NCBI GenBank assembly: GCA_035700625.1
Contig: DASSOM010000260.1
Location: 1-45,708 of the forward strand
DNA length: 45,708 nt
Direction of reading: 5' to 3'
From: Vicinamibacterales bacterium
Lineage (GTDB): Bacteria > Acidobacteriota > Vicinamibacteria > Vicinamibacterales > 2-12-FULL-66-21
How positions within the stretch are numbered: the stretch's first letter is position 1; each line of letters starts with the position of its first letter. This document shows positions 26,104 to 34,465 of this stretch, in pieces. A program made the position numbers and the translations under genes. A model generated the notes under the pieces. The model made no database searches, had not been told where the DNA came from, and saw only the letters and a program-made list of their open reading frames with translations.

Positions 26104-28046
26104 CGCAGCCTGCCTCATCTGAAGCGGTCGACGTCCGTCCCTATCTGCTCGAGCGCGTGGACGAAGCCGCCGTCGTCCAGCTCTACGCGGACGGCTTCGA
26201 CGCGCTGCCGCTCGATCAGAAGATCCTCATCTGGCATCTCTACCAGGCAGCGCTGGCCGGACGCGACATCTATTACGACCAGCGCTACGCGCACAGCCTG
26301 GAGATGCGCGGGATCCTCGAAGAGATCCTGACGCATCCGGCCGGCGTCGATCCGGAGACGCTGGCCGAGATTCACCGCTACACGAAGCTGTTCTGGCTGA
26401 ATTGTGGACCGCACGACAACCTGACCGCGCGCAAGTTCGTCCTGCGCTGCGCGCCGGAGGCGTTCGCCTCCGCCGTGCGGGCCGCGGCGGCCGCCGGCGC
26501 GGCGTTTCCGCTGCGGGCAGGTGAATCGCTCGAGGCGCTCATCGCGCGGGTCACGCCGCTCTTTTTCGATCCGGACGTCCATCCCGTGGTCACGAGCAAG
26601 ACGCCGGGCCCGGGCCGCGACATCCTCCGCGCGAGCGCGAACAATCTGTACGTCGGCGTGTCGATGGGGGATCTCGAACGGTTCGACGAGCAGTACGGAC
26701 TCAATTCGCGGCTGGTCAAAGCGGACGGCCGGCTCGTCGAGGAGGTCTACCGGATTGGCGGCCGCTACGATCGCGAGATCCGCGAGATCGTGAAGCATCT
26801 CGAGGCCGCCGTGCCGTACGCGACCGAGCCGATGGCCGCCGCGCTGCGCGCGCTGATCGCGTTCTATCGCACGGGCAGCAACGCCGATCGCATGGCGTAC
26901 GACATCGCCTGGGTGCAGGACCGCGAGTCCCCGGTGGACACGATCAACGGCTTCGTCGAGGTCTACATGGACGCGCGGGGCGTGAAGGGAGCGTGGGAAT
27001 CGCTCGTCTACTACGTCAACCGCGAAAAGACCGCCGGCATTCGCCAGCTGGCCGCGAATGCGCAATGGTTCGAGGACCGCATGCCGTGGGCGGATGAATA
27101 CAAGAAGCAGGGGGTCCGCGGCATCACGGCCAACGCGATTGACGTCGTCGTCGAATGCGGAGACTCGGGGCCGATTACGCCGGTCGGGATCAACCTGCCG
27201 AACGATCAGCACATCCGCGAGAAGTACGGCAGCAAGTCGGTGTCGCTCTCGAATGTCACCATTGCCTACGATCGGTCCACCTCTCCGGAGTTCCGTCGCG
27301 AATTCGCGTGGACGGCCGAAGAAGCCGAGCGCGCCGAGCGCTGGGCCAGCTTTGCCAGTGAATTGACGACGAACATGCACGAGGTGATCGGGCATGCGTC
27401 GGGGAAGATTGCCGCGCGGCTGGAGGGGAATCCGCAGGCCGCGCTGAAGGAGTACTACTCGTCGCTCGAGGAGTCGCGCGCGGACCTCGTCGCGCTGTAC
27501 TTCCTGCCGCATCCGAAGCTCGCGCAGCTCGGCCTGGTGCCGGCTGACGCGCAGGCGGAGATCGTCCGCACGGAGTACGAGTCGTACGCACGTAATGCGC
27601 TCGTGCAGCTCCGCCGCGTCCGGACCGGCACGGTCATCGAGGAGGATCACATGCGCAACCGGCAGATGATCGTCCGGTGGCTGATGGCGAACTCCTCCGC
27701 GATCGAGGAGCGCCGGCGCGACGGCAAGACGTACTACGTGATGACCGACCCGGCCGCGTTCCAGGAAGGGGTCGGCCGGCTGCTCGCCGACGTGCAGCGC
27801 ATCAAGGCAGAGGGAGATTACGACGGGGCGCGCGCGCTATTCGAGACGTACGGTGTGCACTTCGATCCCGCGCTGCGCGACGAAGTCGTCGAGCGCGTCG
27901 ATCGTTTGAAGATGCCGTCCTACACGGGATTCGTTCAGCCGCGGCTGGAGGCGGTCACCGCGCCCGACGGCACGATCACCAACGTCGAGATTTCGTACCC
28001 GCAGGATCTCACCGCGCAGATGCTCGAATACTCCGGGAGGCGGTAA
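26100..28046 (+). CDS. M49-family (DPP III-like) zinc peptidase, paralog 2, with no signal peptide
   Basis: 648-aa ORF. Its ATG overlaps the upstream TGA (ATGA). HEVIGHASG and EESRAD are present. It is collinear with paralog 1 (YYQTGD/FYRTGS, INGFVEVY, INLPN blocks). Confidence 0.8.
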   Translation: MTQPASSEAVDVRPYLLERVDEAAVVQLYADGFDALPLDQKILIWHLYQAALAGRDIYYDQRYAHSLEMRGILEEILTHPAGVDPETLAEIHRYTKLFWLNCGPHDNLTARKFVLRCAPEAFASAVRAAAAAGAAFPLRAGESLEALIARVTPLFFDPDVHPVVTSKTPGPGRDILRASANNLYVGVSMGDLERFDEQYGLNSRLVKADGRLVEEVYRIGGRYDREIREIVKHLEAAVPYATEPMAAALRALIAFYRTGSNADRMAYDIAWVQDRESPVDTINGFVEVYMDARGVKGAWESLVYYVNREKTAGIRQLAANAQWFEDRMPWADEYKKQGVRGITANAIDVVVECGDSGPITPVGINLPNDQHIREKYGSKSVSLSNVTIAYDRSTSPEFRREFAWTAEEAERAERWASFASELTTNMHEVIGHASGKIAARLEGNPQAALKEYYSSLEESRADLVALYFLPHPKLAQLGLVPADAQAEIVRTEYESYARNALVQLRRVRTGTVIEEDHMRNRQMIVRWLMANSSAIEERRRDGKTYYVMTDPAAFQEGVGRLLADVQRIKAEGDYDGARALFETYGVHFDPALRDEVVERVDRLKMPSYTGFVQPRLEAVTAPDGTITNVEISYPQDLTAQMLEYSGRR

Positions 28047-30077
28047 ATGCCGTGGCTTTTCGCGCTGGCCCTCGCCGCCCAGGGACCGCAGCCACCGGCG
28101 GCCAACGCCGCGCCGCTGACCGTCCTTCGGGCGGAAAACGCCGGCGCCGGGCGGGAAGTGCTCCTGGAACTCGCGAACGCGCCGAATGACGACGTGCGCG
28201 CTCTGGCGATTCGGGCGCTCGGCCGGCTCGAAGATCCCTCCGTCGCCCAACGACTCGTGTTCTTCCTGCACACCTCGCAGAATCCACGCGTCCGCGCCGA
28301 AGTGGTGAGCGCGATGGCGCAGTCGATGATGCCGGTCGACGGATCCGCCGCCCCGGACAAGGTCCGGGACGTGTTCCGGTGGATCACGAGTGCGAAGATG
28401 TCGGATCCCGTCGTGGCGCACGCGGTGGACCGTGCCGTGGGACGGCTGCGGTTCGGCCGCCTGCGGGACGCCGAGGCGGCGCAAAGCTTCCTGAGCCTGC
28501 GGCTCATGTACGAGCCGGCGGTGGCGGCGCGCGCGCTCGAGTCGCTCGCGCGCCGCAACCAGAAGCTGGTGCGGTTCGACACCCGGACCATCGAGCTGCT
28601 GACAGGTATCGTCCGACGGACGGCCAAGACCGGCGACGCCGACGCGCGGCGGAATGCGCTGGCGGCGCTGCTGTCCGCGCGGGCGCTCGACGCCGAGACG
28701 CAGGCTGCGGCCGTGGACGATCCGTCCGAAGAAGTCCGGCGGCTTGCCATCGCCGCCGCGGCGGGCGCGGCCAATGTCCTCGCGCCGGAGACGCGGAACG
28801 CGGTGCTCTATCGCGCGCTCTCCGATTCGTCCGCGCTGGTACGCTACGAGGCGGTCCGCGGCTACGGGCGCATCAGCTCCGCGGAAAGCGGCTGCCGTCC
28901 ACTGCTGGCCGTGCTCGGCGACTCGTCACCGCACGTCGCGCTCGCCGCGATCGACGCGCTTGGCGAGGCGTGCCTGGACGACGAGTCCGTCACGACCAGG
29001 CTCGCCTCAGAACTGCGTTCGCCGCCGACGATGGGATCGTGGCACCGGGAGGCGCATGCGCTCGTGACGATGGCGAAGCGCGATCCCGGACGCGCCGGAC
29101 TCGCGATGCCGGCGTTCGCATCCCACGAGGTGTGGCAGGTGCGAATGTATGCGGCGCGCGCGGCGGCGGCGATGAAGGACGTCGAGACGCTGAAGCGCCT
29201 CGCGGCGGACCGCGACGACAACGTCGCGGAAGCCGCGCTGCAGCCGCTGCACACGCTCGATCCGAAAGCCGCGGCGCCGCTGATCAAAGCGGCCCTGAAG
29301 CGGACGGACCCGCAGATTCTCCGCACGGCGGCGCTGCTGCTGAAGGAGACGCCCGCCTCGCCGAGCCTCGCCGCCCCGATTCTCGACGCGCTGCAGCGGC
29401 TCACGAAGAGCGGCGTCATCACGTCGCGCGACGCGCGCCTCGCGCTGATCGACGCGCTGAAGGTCCATGGGGGGACGAGCGACCTGAAGGGCCTGACGCC
29501 GCTGCTGCAAGACATGGACGCTGTGGTGGCGGAAAAGGCGGCTGACGTAATGACCGACGGACTCGGCACCGAGGTGCGCGCCGATCCGAAGCCCGAAACG
29601 CCGCGTGCGATCCCCGAATTCCCGAACCTCGACACCTGCGTGTCGGTGTCGCTCGGCAGTGGCGGCCGCTTCCGGATCGCGTTCCGTCCCGACGTCGCGC
29701 CGCTCGCGACCGGCCACTTTCTCCGTCTCGCGCTGCACGACGAGTACTACGACGGCCTCACCTTCCATCGCATCGTCCCGAACTTCGTCATCCAGGGAGG
29801 GAGTCCCGGCGCGAACGAATATGCGGGCGCGCGCGACTTCATGCGCGACGAGGTCGGGGCGGACAACGAGCGGGGCACCGTGGGCCTGTCGACCCGCGGC
29901 CGCCACACCGGCGACTCGCAGATTTTCGTCAACCTCGTCGACAACCCGAGGCTCGACTTCGAATACACGGTGTTCGGGGCGGTCTTTCCCGAGGACCTGT
30001 CCGTCGTCGATCGGATCACCGAGGGGGAGACCATCTCCGATGTGACGACTGTTGCGTGTACTGATAACAAGAGATAA
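28047..30077 (+). CDS. HEAT-repeat protein fused to a C-terminal cyclophilin-type peptidyl-prolyl isomerase domain
   Basis: 676-aa ORF. Its ATG directly follows the upstream TAA. About 500 aa of HEAT-like repeats are visible (DDVRALAIRALGRL, NPRVRAEVVSAM, SALVRYEAVRGYG, SPHVALAAIDALGE, VWQVRMYAARAA). The C-terminal FHRIVPNFVIQGG...ERGTVGLS...GDSQIFVNL...YTVFG is a cyclophilin signature. Confidence 0.8.
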   Translation: MPWLFALALAAQGPQPPAANAAPLTVLRAENAGAGREVLLELANAPNDDVRALAIRALGRLEDPSVAQRLVFFLHTSQNPRVRAEVVSAMAQSMMPVDGSAAPDKVRDVFRWITSAKMSDPVVAHAVDRAVGRLRFGRLRDAEAAQSFLSLRLMYEPAVAARALESLARRNQKLVRFDTRTIELLTGIVRRTAKTGDADARRNALAALLSARALDAETQAAAVDDPSEEVRRLAIAAAAGAANVLAPETRNAVLYRALSDSSALVRYEAVRGYGRISSAESGCRPLLAVLGDSSPHVALAAIDALGEACLDDESVTTRLASELRSPPTMGSWHREAHALVTMAKRDPGRAGLAMPAFASHEVWQVRMYAARAAAAMKDVETLKRLAADRDDNVAEAALQPLHTLDPKAAAPLIKAALKRTDPQILRTAALLLKETPASPSLAAPILDALQRLTKSGVITSRDARLALIDALKVHGGTSDLKGLTPLLQDMDAVVAEKAADVMTDGLGTEVRADPKPETPRAIPEFPNLDTCVSVSLGSGGRFRIAFRPDVAPLATGHFLRLALHDEYYDGLTFHRIVPNFVIQGGSPGANEYAGARDFMRDEVGADNERGTVGLSTRGRHTGDSQIFVNLVDNPRLDFEYTVFGAVFPEDLSVVDRITEGETISDVTTVACTDNKR

Positions 30078-30103
30078 GGAGATAAAGAGTCCTGTGAGCC
30101 CTT

Positions 30104-31156
30104 TCAGCGAACGCCGCTCGAAAGCAGCTTGATGCTCCCCACGGTCGCATCGATCTCCGCCTCGATCCCCTCGGGGATCGTCCACTGCGGCATCTGATGA
30201 CCGATCATCGCGCCGGACCAGGCCGGGATGCCGAGCGGCTTGATGTGATCCGCGAAGATCTCCTCGAGCGTGAGCGACGCGAAGCCTTCTCCCGGTGAGC
30301 ATTCCGCGCAGCTTCCGAACACGAATCCCTTGATGCGATCGAGCACGCCGGCGAGCTTGAGCTGCGTCAGCATGCGATCGATTCGGTAGAGATCCTCGTG
30401 GACGTCCTCGCAGAAGAAGATGCAGCCGTCCCAGTCGGGGAGGTACGGGGAGCCGACGATCGTCGTGAGCACCGTGAGGTTGCCGCCAAGCAGCCGGCCG
30501 CGCGCCTTGCCCGGCGTAATCGTCTGCACCCGATACTCGATGGGCGTCAGGCTGTTGCGATCCGACAGCTCGTGCAGGTTCTGCATCAGCACCGGCTCGC
30601 CGTTGAACAGCACGCGCCGGTAGTAGTCGACCGAGAAGGTGTCCCAGCGGCCGAGTGCGATCGGTCCGTGGAACGTGACGAGACCGGTCTTCGCGTGGAT
30701 CGCCAGCAGCAGGGCGGTGATGTCGCTGTAGCCGAGGATGATCTTCGGGTTGCGGCGGATGAGATCGTAGTCGAGATACGGCAGCACGCGGCTGCTTCCC
30801 CAGCCGCCGCGAATCGGGTGGACCGCGGCAATCGTCTGATCGGCGAAGAACGCGTTGATGTCGTCGGCCCGCGCCTTGTCCTCTCCGCCCAGATAGCCGT
30901 GGCGCGCCAGCAGATGTTCGCCGATCCGCACGCGCAGCCCGAGCGCCTCGAGCGATTCTTTCGCGATCTGCACGTCGATCGAGTTGAACGTCGCGCTGGC
31001 GGGGCTCACGACGCCGACGGTATCGCCGGGCGCCAGCCGTTTCGGCTTGATCAACGGTGGCGTGTCGGGAAGCGTCGGCGGACGGACGGACGTGGTCGGC
31101 GTGGCCGCGGCGACCGGAGCCGCCGCGAGGGTCTGCAGGAATTGGCGTCTGTGCAT
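30104..31156 (-). CDS. LD-carboxypeptidase (peptidase S66, LdcA/MccF-like) with a Tat-type signal
   Basis: The track start 31180 overlaps the upstream gene by 17 nt. The internal ATG 31156 has AGGAG upstream and gives MHRRQFLQTLAAAPVAAA. The S66 pattern GYSDITALL is present. Confidence 0.8.
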   Translation of the reverse strand: MHRRQFLQTLAAAPVAAATPTTSVRPPTLPDTPPLIKPKRLAPGDTVGVVSPASATFNSIDVQIAKESLEALGLRVRIGEHLLARHGYLGGEDKARADDINAFFADQTIAAVHPIRGGWGSSRVLPYLDYDLIRRNPKIILGYSDITALLLAIHAKTGLVTFHGPIALGRWDTFSVDYYRRVLFNGEPVLMQNLHELSDRNSLTPIEYRVQTITPGKARGRLLGGNLTVLTTIVGSPYLPDWDGCIFFCEDVHEDLYRIDRMLTQLKLAGVLDRIKGFVFGSCAECSPGEGFASLTLEEIFADHIKPLGIPAWSGAMIGHQMPQWTIPEGIEAEIDATVGSIKLLSSGVR

Positions 31157-31163
31157 GCGTCTC

Positions 31164-32042
31164 CTATCGGAGGGGTTCATTCGTGTGAACGGCGTTCCAG
31201 ACCTCGCGGGAGATCGCCGCGGCGAGCGCCGCGCTCGTCTTCTGATCTTCGAGCCCGCGGGTCAGGACGACGAGCACGTAGGGACGGTCGCCGTACACGA
31301 TGGCCGCGTCGTGATGAATCTTCGTGATCGAGCCGGTCTTGTGCGCGACCGGTGTGCCCGGCGGCACGCCCGCCGGGATCATGTCGTTGAAGTGCTGCCG
31401 CTTCAGGATCGCGACCATCTCCGCGTCGGCTTTCGGGCTCACCGCGCGGCCCGTCGCGATCTTTTCCAGCAGCACCAGCAGCCCGCGCGCGGTCGTCGTG
31501 TTGTTCTTCCCCTGGTCGAAGGCTTTCTGGTCTTCGACCCCGCGCAGCACCTGCATGCCGTCCGCACCGAGCCGGCTCACCGTTTTGCGGATGTTCGCGA
31601 CGCCGAGCCGTTCGATCAGCAGGTTCGCCGCGAAGTTGCTGCTGACGGTGATCATCGCTTCGCAGAGCTGACGCAGCGTCAGCGTCTTTCCGATGGCCTT
31701 GTACACGTCCGCGTCGGAGTCGTCGCCGACATCCAGCTGGTACACGCTGCCGTCCACGATGCTGTGGAACTCGTTCCGGATCGGCAGGGGGTCGTCGAGT
31801 GACAGCTCGCCGGCCTCCGCCTGCCGGAACAGCTCGATCATGACGGGCACCTTCATCGTGCTGGCGGCATGAAAGACTTCGTCCGGTTCGATGAGCAGTT
31901 CCTGACGGCCGTCGAGTGTGTGGAGCGCGACGCCGACCTCCGCGCCCGAGGACGCGATCAGCCCCGCGATGCGCTGACGCAGCGCCGTGTCGGACGCCGG
32001 CTGCGCGGCAGCCAGCGACAATGAAAGCAGGATGGGAATCAT
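31164..32042 (-). CDS. Class A beta-lactamase-related serine hydrolase
   Basis: 292-aa ORF with a short signal peptide. It carries SxxK (ASTMK), SxN-like (SSN) and KTG (HKTGS) motifs in the canonical order. Confidence 0.75.
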   Translation of the reverse strand: MIPILLSLSLAAAQPASDTALRQRIAGLIASSGAEVGVALHTLDGRQELLIEPDEVFHAASTMKVPVMIELFRQAEAGELSLDDPLPIRNEFHSIVDGSVYQLDVGDDSDADVYKAIGKTLTLRQLCEAMITVSSNFAANLLIERLGVANIRKTVSRLGADGMQVLRGVEDQKAFDQGKNNTTTARGLLVLLEKIATGRAVSPKADAEMVAILKRQHFNDMIPAGVPPGTPVAHKTGSITKIHHDAAIVYGDRPYVLVVLTRGLEDQKTSAALAAAISREVWNAVHTNEPLR

Positions 32043-32045
32043 GGT

Positions 32046-32079
32046 GTGTCGGATGTCGGATGTCGGATGTTGGTGTCGG
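32046..32079. repeat. Heptanucleotide tandem repeat, TGTCGGA x3 then TGTTGG then TGTCGGA (minus strand TCCGACA)
   Basis: Read directly: tgtcgga tgtcgga tgtcgga tgttgg tgtcgga. It occupies most of the 43-bp spacer immediately upstream of the beta-lactamase-like start codon. Confidence 0.85.
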
Positions 32080-32085
32080 ATGTGA

Positions 32086-32511
32086 CTATGTCCGTTCGTA
32101 GTCGGGTACCCAGTTCGTGATGGCGCGCTTGATCTCGTCGCCCGTCAGGCCTTCCCGGGCGGCGCGTTCGACGAGGCCGGGCAATTCCGGATCCGAGGCG
32201 AAGCGAAGCGCCACGATCTGGCGGCGCGACAGCGTCCGAAACAGCTCGCGCTGCTCCGGTGTCAGGACGTCATCCGTCCGCAGGCGCATCTCGAGGCGGA
32301 TGATGCGATCCTGCAGCCGGACGATGTACGCGCGGCTGATCCACAGGAGAATCAGGACGCTGATCGTCAGCAGGAACAATCCCGGAATCAGCGTCGACCG
32401 TCCTCCCCATGCGGCGGCGAACAAGCCGGCGGCGACGAGCACCAGGATCGTCGCCGCGTACGTGGCGCGCGGACGATGAGCGTGCGTGGCGTAACTCTGC
32501 TGGTGCGCCAT
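32086..32511 (-). CDS. Hypothetical membrane protein, possibly DUF6526-like (from memory, unverified)
   Basis: The internal ATG 32511 gives 141 aa starting MAHQQSYATHAHRP. It has two TM helices and then a charged C-terminal domain. It lies upstream of, and on the same strand as, the beta-lactamase-like gene. Confidence 0.5.
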   Translation of the reverse strand: MAHQQSYATHAHRPRATYAATILVLVAAGLFAAAWGGRSTLIPGLFLLTISVLILLWISRAYIVRLQDRIIRLEMRLRTDDVLTPEQRELFRTLSRRQIVALRFASDPELPGLVERAAREGLTGDEIKRAITNWVPDYERT

Positions 32512-32585
32512 CGGTGGCACTCTACGGTCGCGCTTCACCGCTGTCAAATGCGCGCCTCGCACTCTACTTGCCATATTCTCGAAAC

Positions 32586-33905
32586 ATGAAGGGCGTCCAC
32601 ATTCTCGTCGCCGGCGCCGGGCTTGCCGGACTCGCGGCGGCTCGCGACCTCGAGGCCCGCGGTGCCGTCGTGACGGTCGTCGAGGCGCGGGAGCGCGTCG
32701 GCGGCCGCGTCTGGACGCTGCGTGACGGTCTCGGCGAGGGGCGGCATGCCGACGCCGGCGCCGATCTGATCGAGGAAGAGCAATCGCACGTGCTCGCGCT
32801 GGCGCGCGATCTCGGGCTCACGCCGCGCCGGATTCTGCGGGGCGGCTTCGGCTACTACGGACCGGACGGACGAGGCCGCCGCCGCATCCACACGCGCGCC
32901 TCTCCCTGGGACGAGATCGCGGCCGCGGTCGCGCCGCTCGCGCGCGACTATAACCTGAGCGAGCAGCGATGGGACAGTGCGATCGCCGCGCGTCTCGCGC
33001 GGATGTCCGTCGCCGACTGGCTTGCCGCGAATCGCGCCTCCTCGTCGTTCGCGGCACGTCTGCGCGCGTTCCGCGGCTTCTTTCTGGCGGACCCTGAAGA
33101 TCTGGCGATGATCGCGCTCGTCGATCAGTTCGCGTCGGAGGGGAGTCCCGGGCAGGGGAAAATCTTCCGCATTCCGGATGGCAACGATCGCCTTGCCACG
33201 GGCCTGGCGCGGCGGCTGCGCGGCACCATCCTGCCGAACACCATCGTGCGCGCGGTGCGGCAGCACGCGGAGGGGATCGAGGCGACGGTTGCGGCCTCCG
33301 ACGGCAGGACGTCGTCCATCACCGCCGATTATGCGGTCATCGCCTTGCCGGCCTCCACAGCGCGCGACGTCGTCTTCACGCCTTCGCTCCCCGAGCGGCA
33401 GCGCGAAGCGTTTGCCTCGCTGCCGTACGGCCCGGCGACGCGCGTGCTGCTCCAGTTCGCGCGGCCGTTCTGGAAGCGCGCCGCCCGCCCGTCGGCCTTC
33501 GGCACGGACCTCGAGCTCGGCGCCGTCTGGGATGGCGCGGAGCAGCAGCGTGGCGCCGCGCTGCTCACGTGCCTCGCGGGTGGCCGCGCGTCGCATGAAG
33601 TCCGCGAGATCATCGCGCAGGAAGGCATGGCCGGCGTGGTGCGCCGCCTGACGTGGCTCGGCCGTCCGGCGCAGCTGCTCGCGTCGCGCGTCGTGGTGTG
33701 GGACGACGACCCATGGGCGCGAGGCGGATACGCGTACTTCGACGCCGGCTTCGATCCGCTGCTGCGCGCGTGGCTGGCCCGTCCCTTCCGCCGCATCGTC
33801 TTCGCCGGCGAACACACCAGCCTGAAGTGGCAGGGCTACATGAACGGCGCGATCGAAAGCGGCTTGCGCGCCGCCGCCGAAATTGCGGCGATGCGAAACC
33901 GCTAA
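32586..33905 (+). CDS. FAD-dependent amine oxidase (flavin monoamine oxidase family)
   Basis: The internal ATG 32586 gives MKGVHILVAGAGLAGLAAARDLEARGAVVTVVEARERVGGRV (GxGxxG dinucleotide fold). C-terminal FAGEHTS...GYMNGAIESG is present. The track ORF from 32409 is an extension. Confidence 0.85.
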   Translation: MKGVHILVAGAGLAGLAAARDLEARGAVVTVVEARERVGGRVWTLRDGLGEGRHADAGADLIEEEQSHVLALARDLGLTPRRILRGGFGYYGPDGRGRRRIHTRASPWDEIAAAVAPLARDYNLSEQRWDSAIAARLARMSVADWLAANRASSSFAARLRAFRGFFLADPEDLAMIALVDQFASEGSPGQGKIFRIPDGNDRLATGLARRLRGTILPNTIVRAVRQHAEGIEATVAASDGRTSSITADYAVIALPASTARDVVFTPSLPERQREAFASLPYGPATRVLLQFARPFWKRAARPSAFGTDLELGAVWDGAEQQRGAALLTCLAGGRASHEVREIIAQEGMAGVVRRLTWLGRPAQLLASRVVVWDDDPWARGGYAYFDAGFDPLLRAWLARPFRRIVFAGEHTSLKWQGYMNGAIESGLRAAAEIAAMRNR

Positions 33906-34408
33906 GTCGCCGACGCCTGCACGACGTCCACCAGACCGCCCCAGGTCTCCGGATCCTGCGACACGAGCGTCGAGAGATACAGCGTCACTTCGTCGCCTGG
34001 GTACTGGGCGCCGAGCGTGGCCGCCGCCTGCTTCAGCTTGTCTGGATCTGGTTTCGGGACCGTTTCCTCGGAGATGAGTCCCTCCTCATGAGGGATGCCG
34101 AGCGTGTCCAGAAAGGCCGCCATCATCGGCCGCTGCCGGGCGAGGTGATAGTTGACCAGCGCCCGCGCCGCCACAGTGTCGGGGACGGCCGGAAGCGTCG
34201 CGAGGTATTTCGTCAGCCGCTCGATCGGGAGTCCCATCACCGATCGGGGCCGAAATTTCATGTGCGAGGCGATCGCCGCCACGGCTTCCATCTGCTGCTC
34301 GGCCGACTGTTCGTCGGTCCAGAAGAGTTCGGCGGCCGTCGTCCGGCGATCGAGCGGCATCCGGCGCCAGAGCCGCGAAGGGCGAAAGCCGGTCAAATCC
34401 TGGGTCAT
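33902..34408 (-). CDS. Hypothetical protein
   Basis: 168-aa ORF with normal-looking composition (not Arg/Pro-shadow-like). Its stop overlaps the amine oxidase stop. No motif recognised. Confidence 0.5.
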   Translation of the reverse strand: MTQDLTGFRPSRLWRRMPLDRRTTAAELFWTDEQSAEQQMEAVAAIASHMKFRPRSVMGLPIERLTKYLATLPAVPDTVAARALVNYHLARQRPMMAAFLDTLGIPHEEGLISEETVPKPDPDKLKQAAATLGAQYPGDEVTLYLSTLVSQDPETWGGLVDVVQASAT

Positions 34409-34465
34409 GCGTCGATCTTAGCGCACGCACCAAACGTTCGACCGCCGCTGGCCGTCTAATCGCGC

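Noticed and set aside
23953-26118. 721-aa minus-strand ORF opposite M49 paralog 1; likewise 26115-27650 opposite paralog 2
   Set aside because: Both are antisense shadows. The plus-strand frames contain the HExxGH and EExRAD zinc motifs.
30078-30103. AT-rich 26-bp convergent spacer with gagataa x2
   Set aside because: It has no stem-loop and no T-tract. It is most likely just a local AT-rich patch around stop codons.
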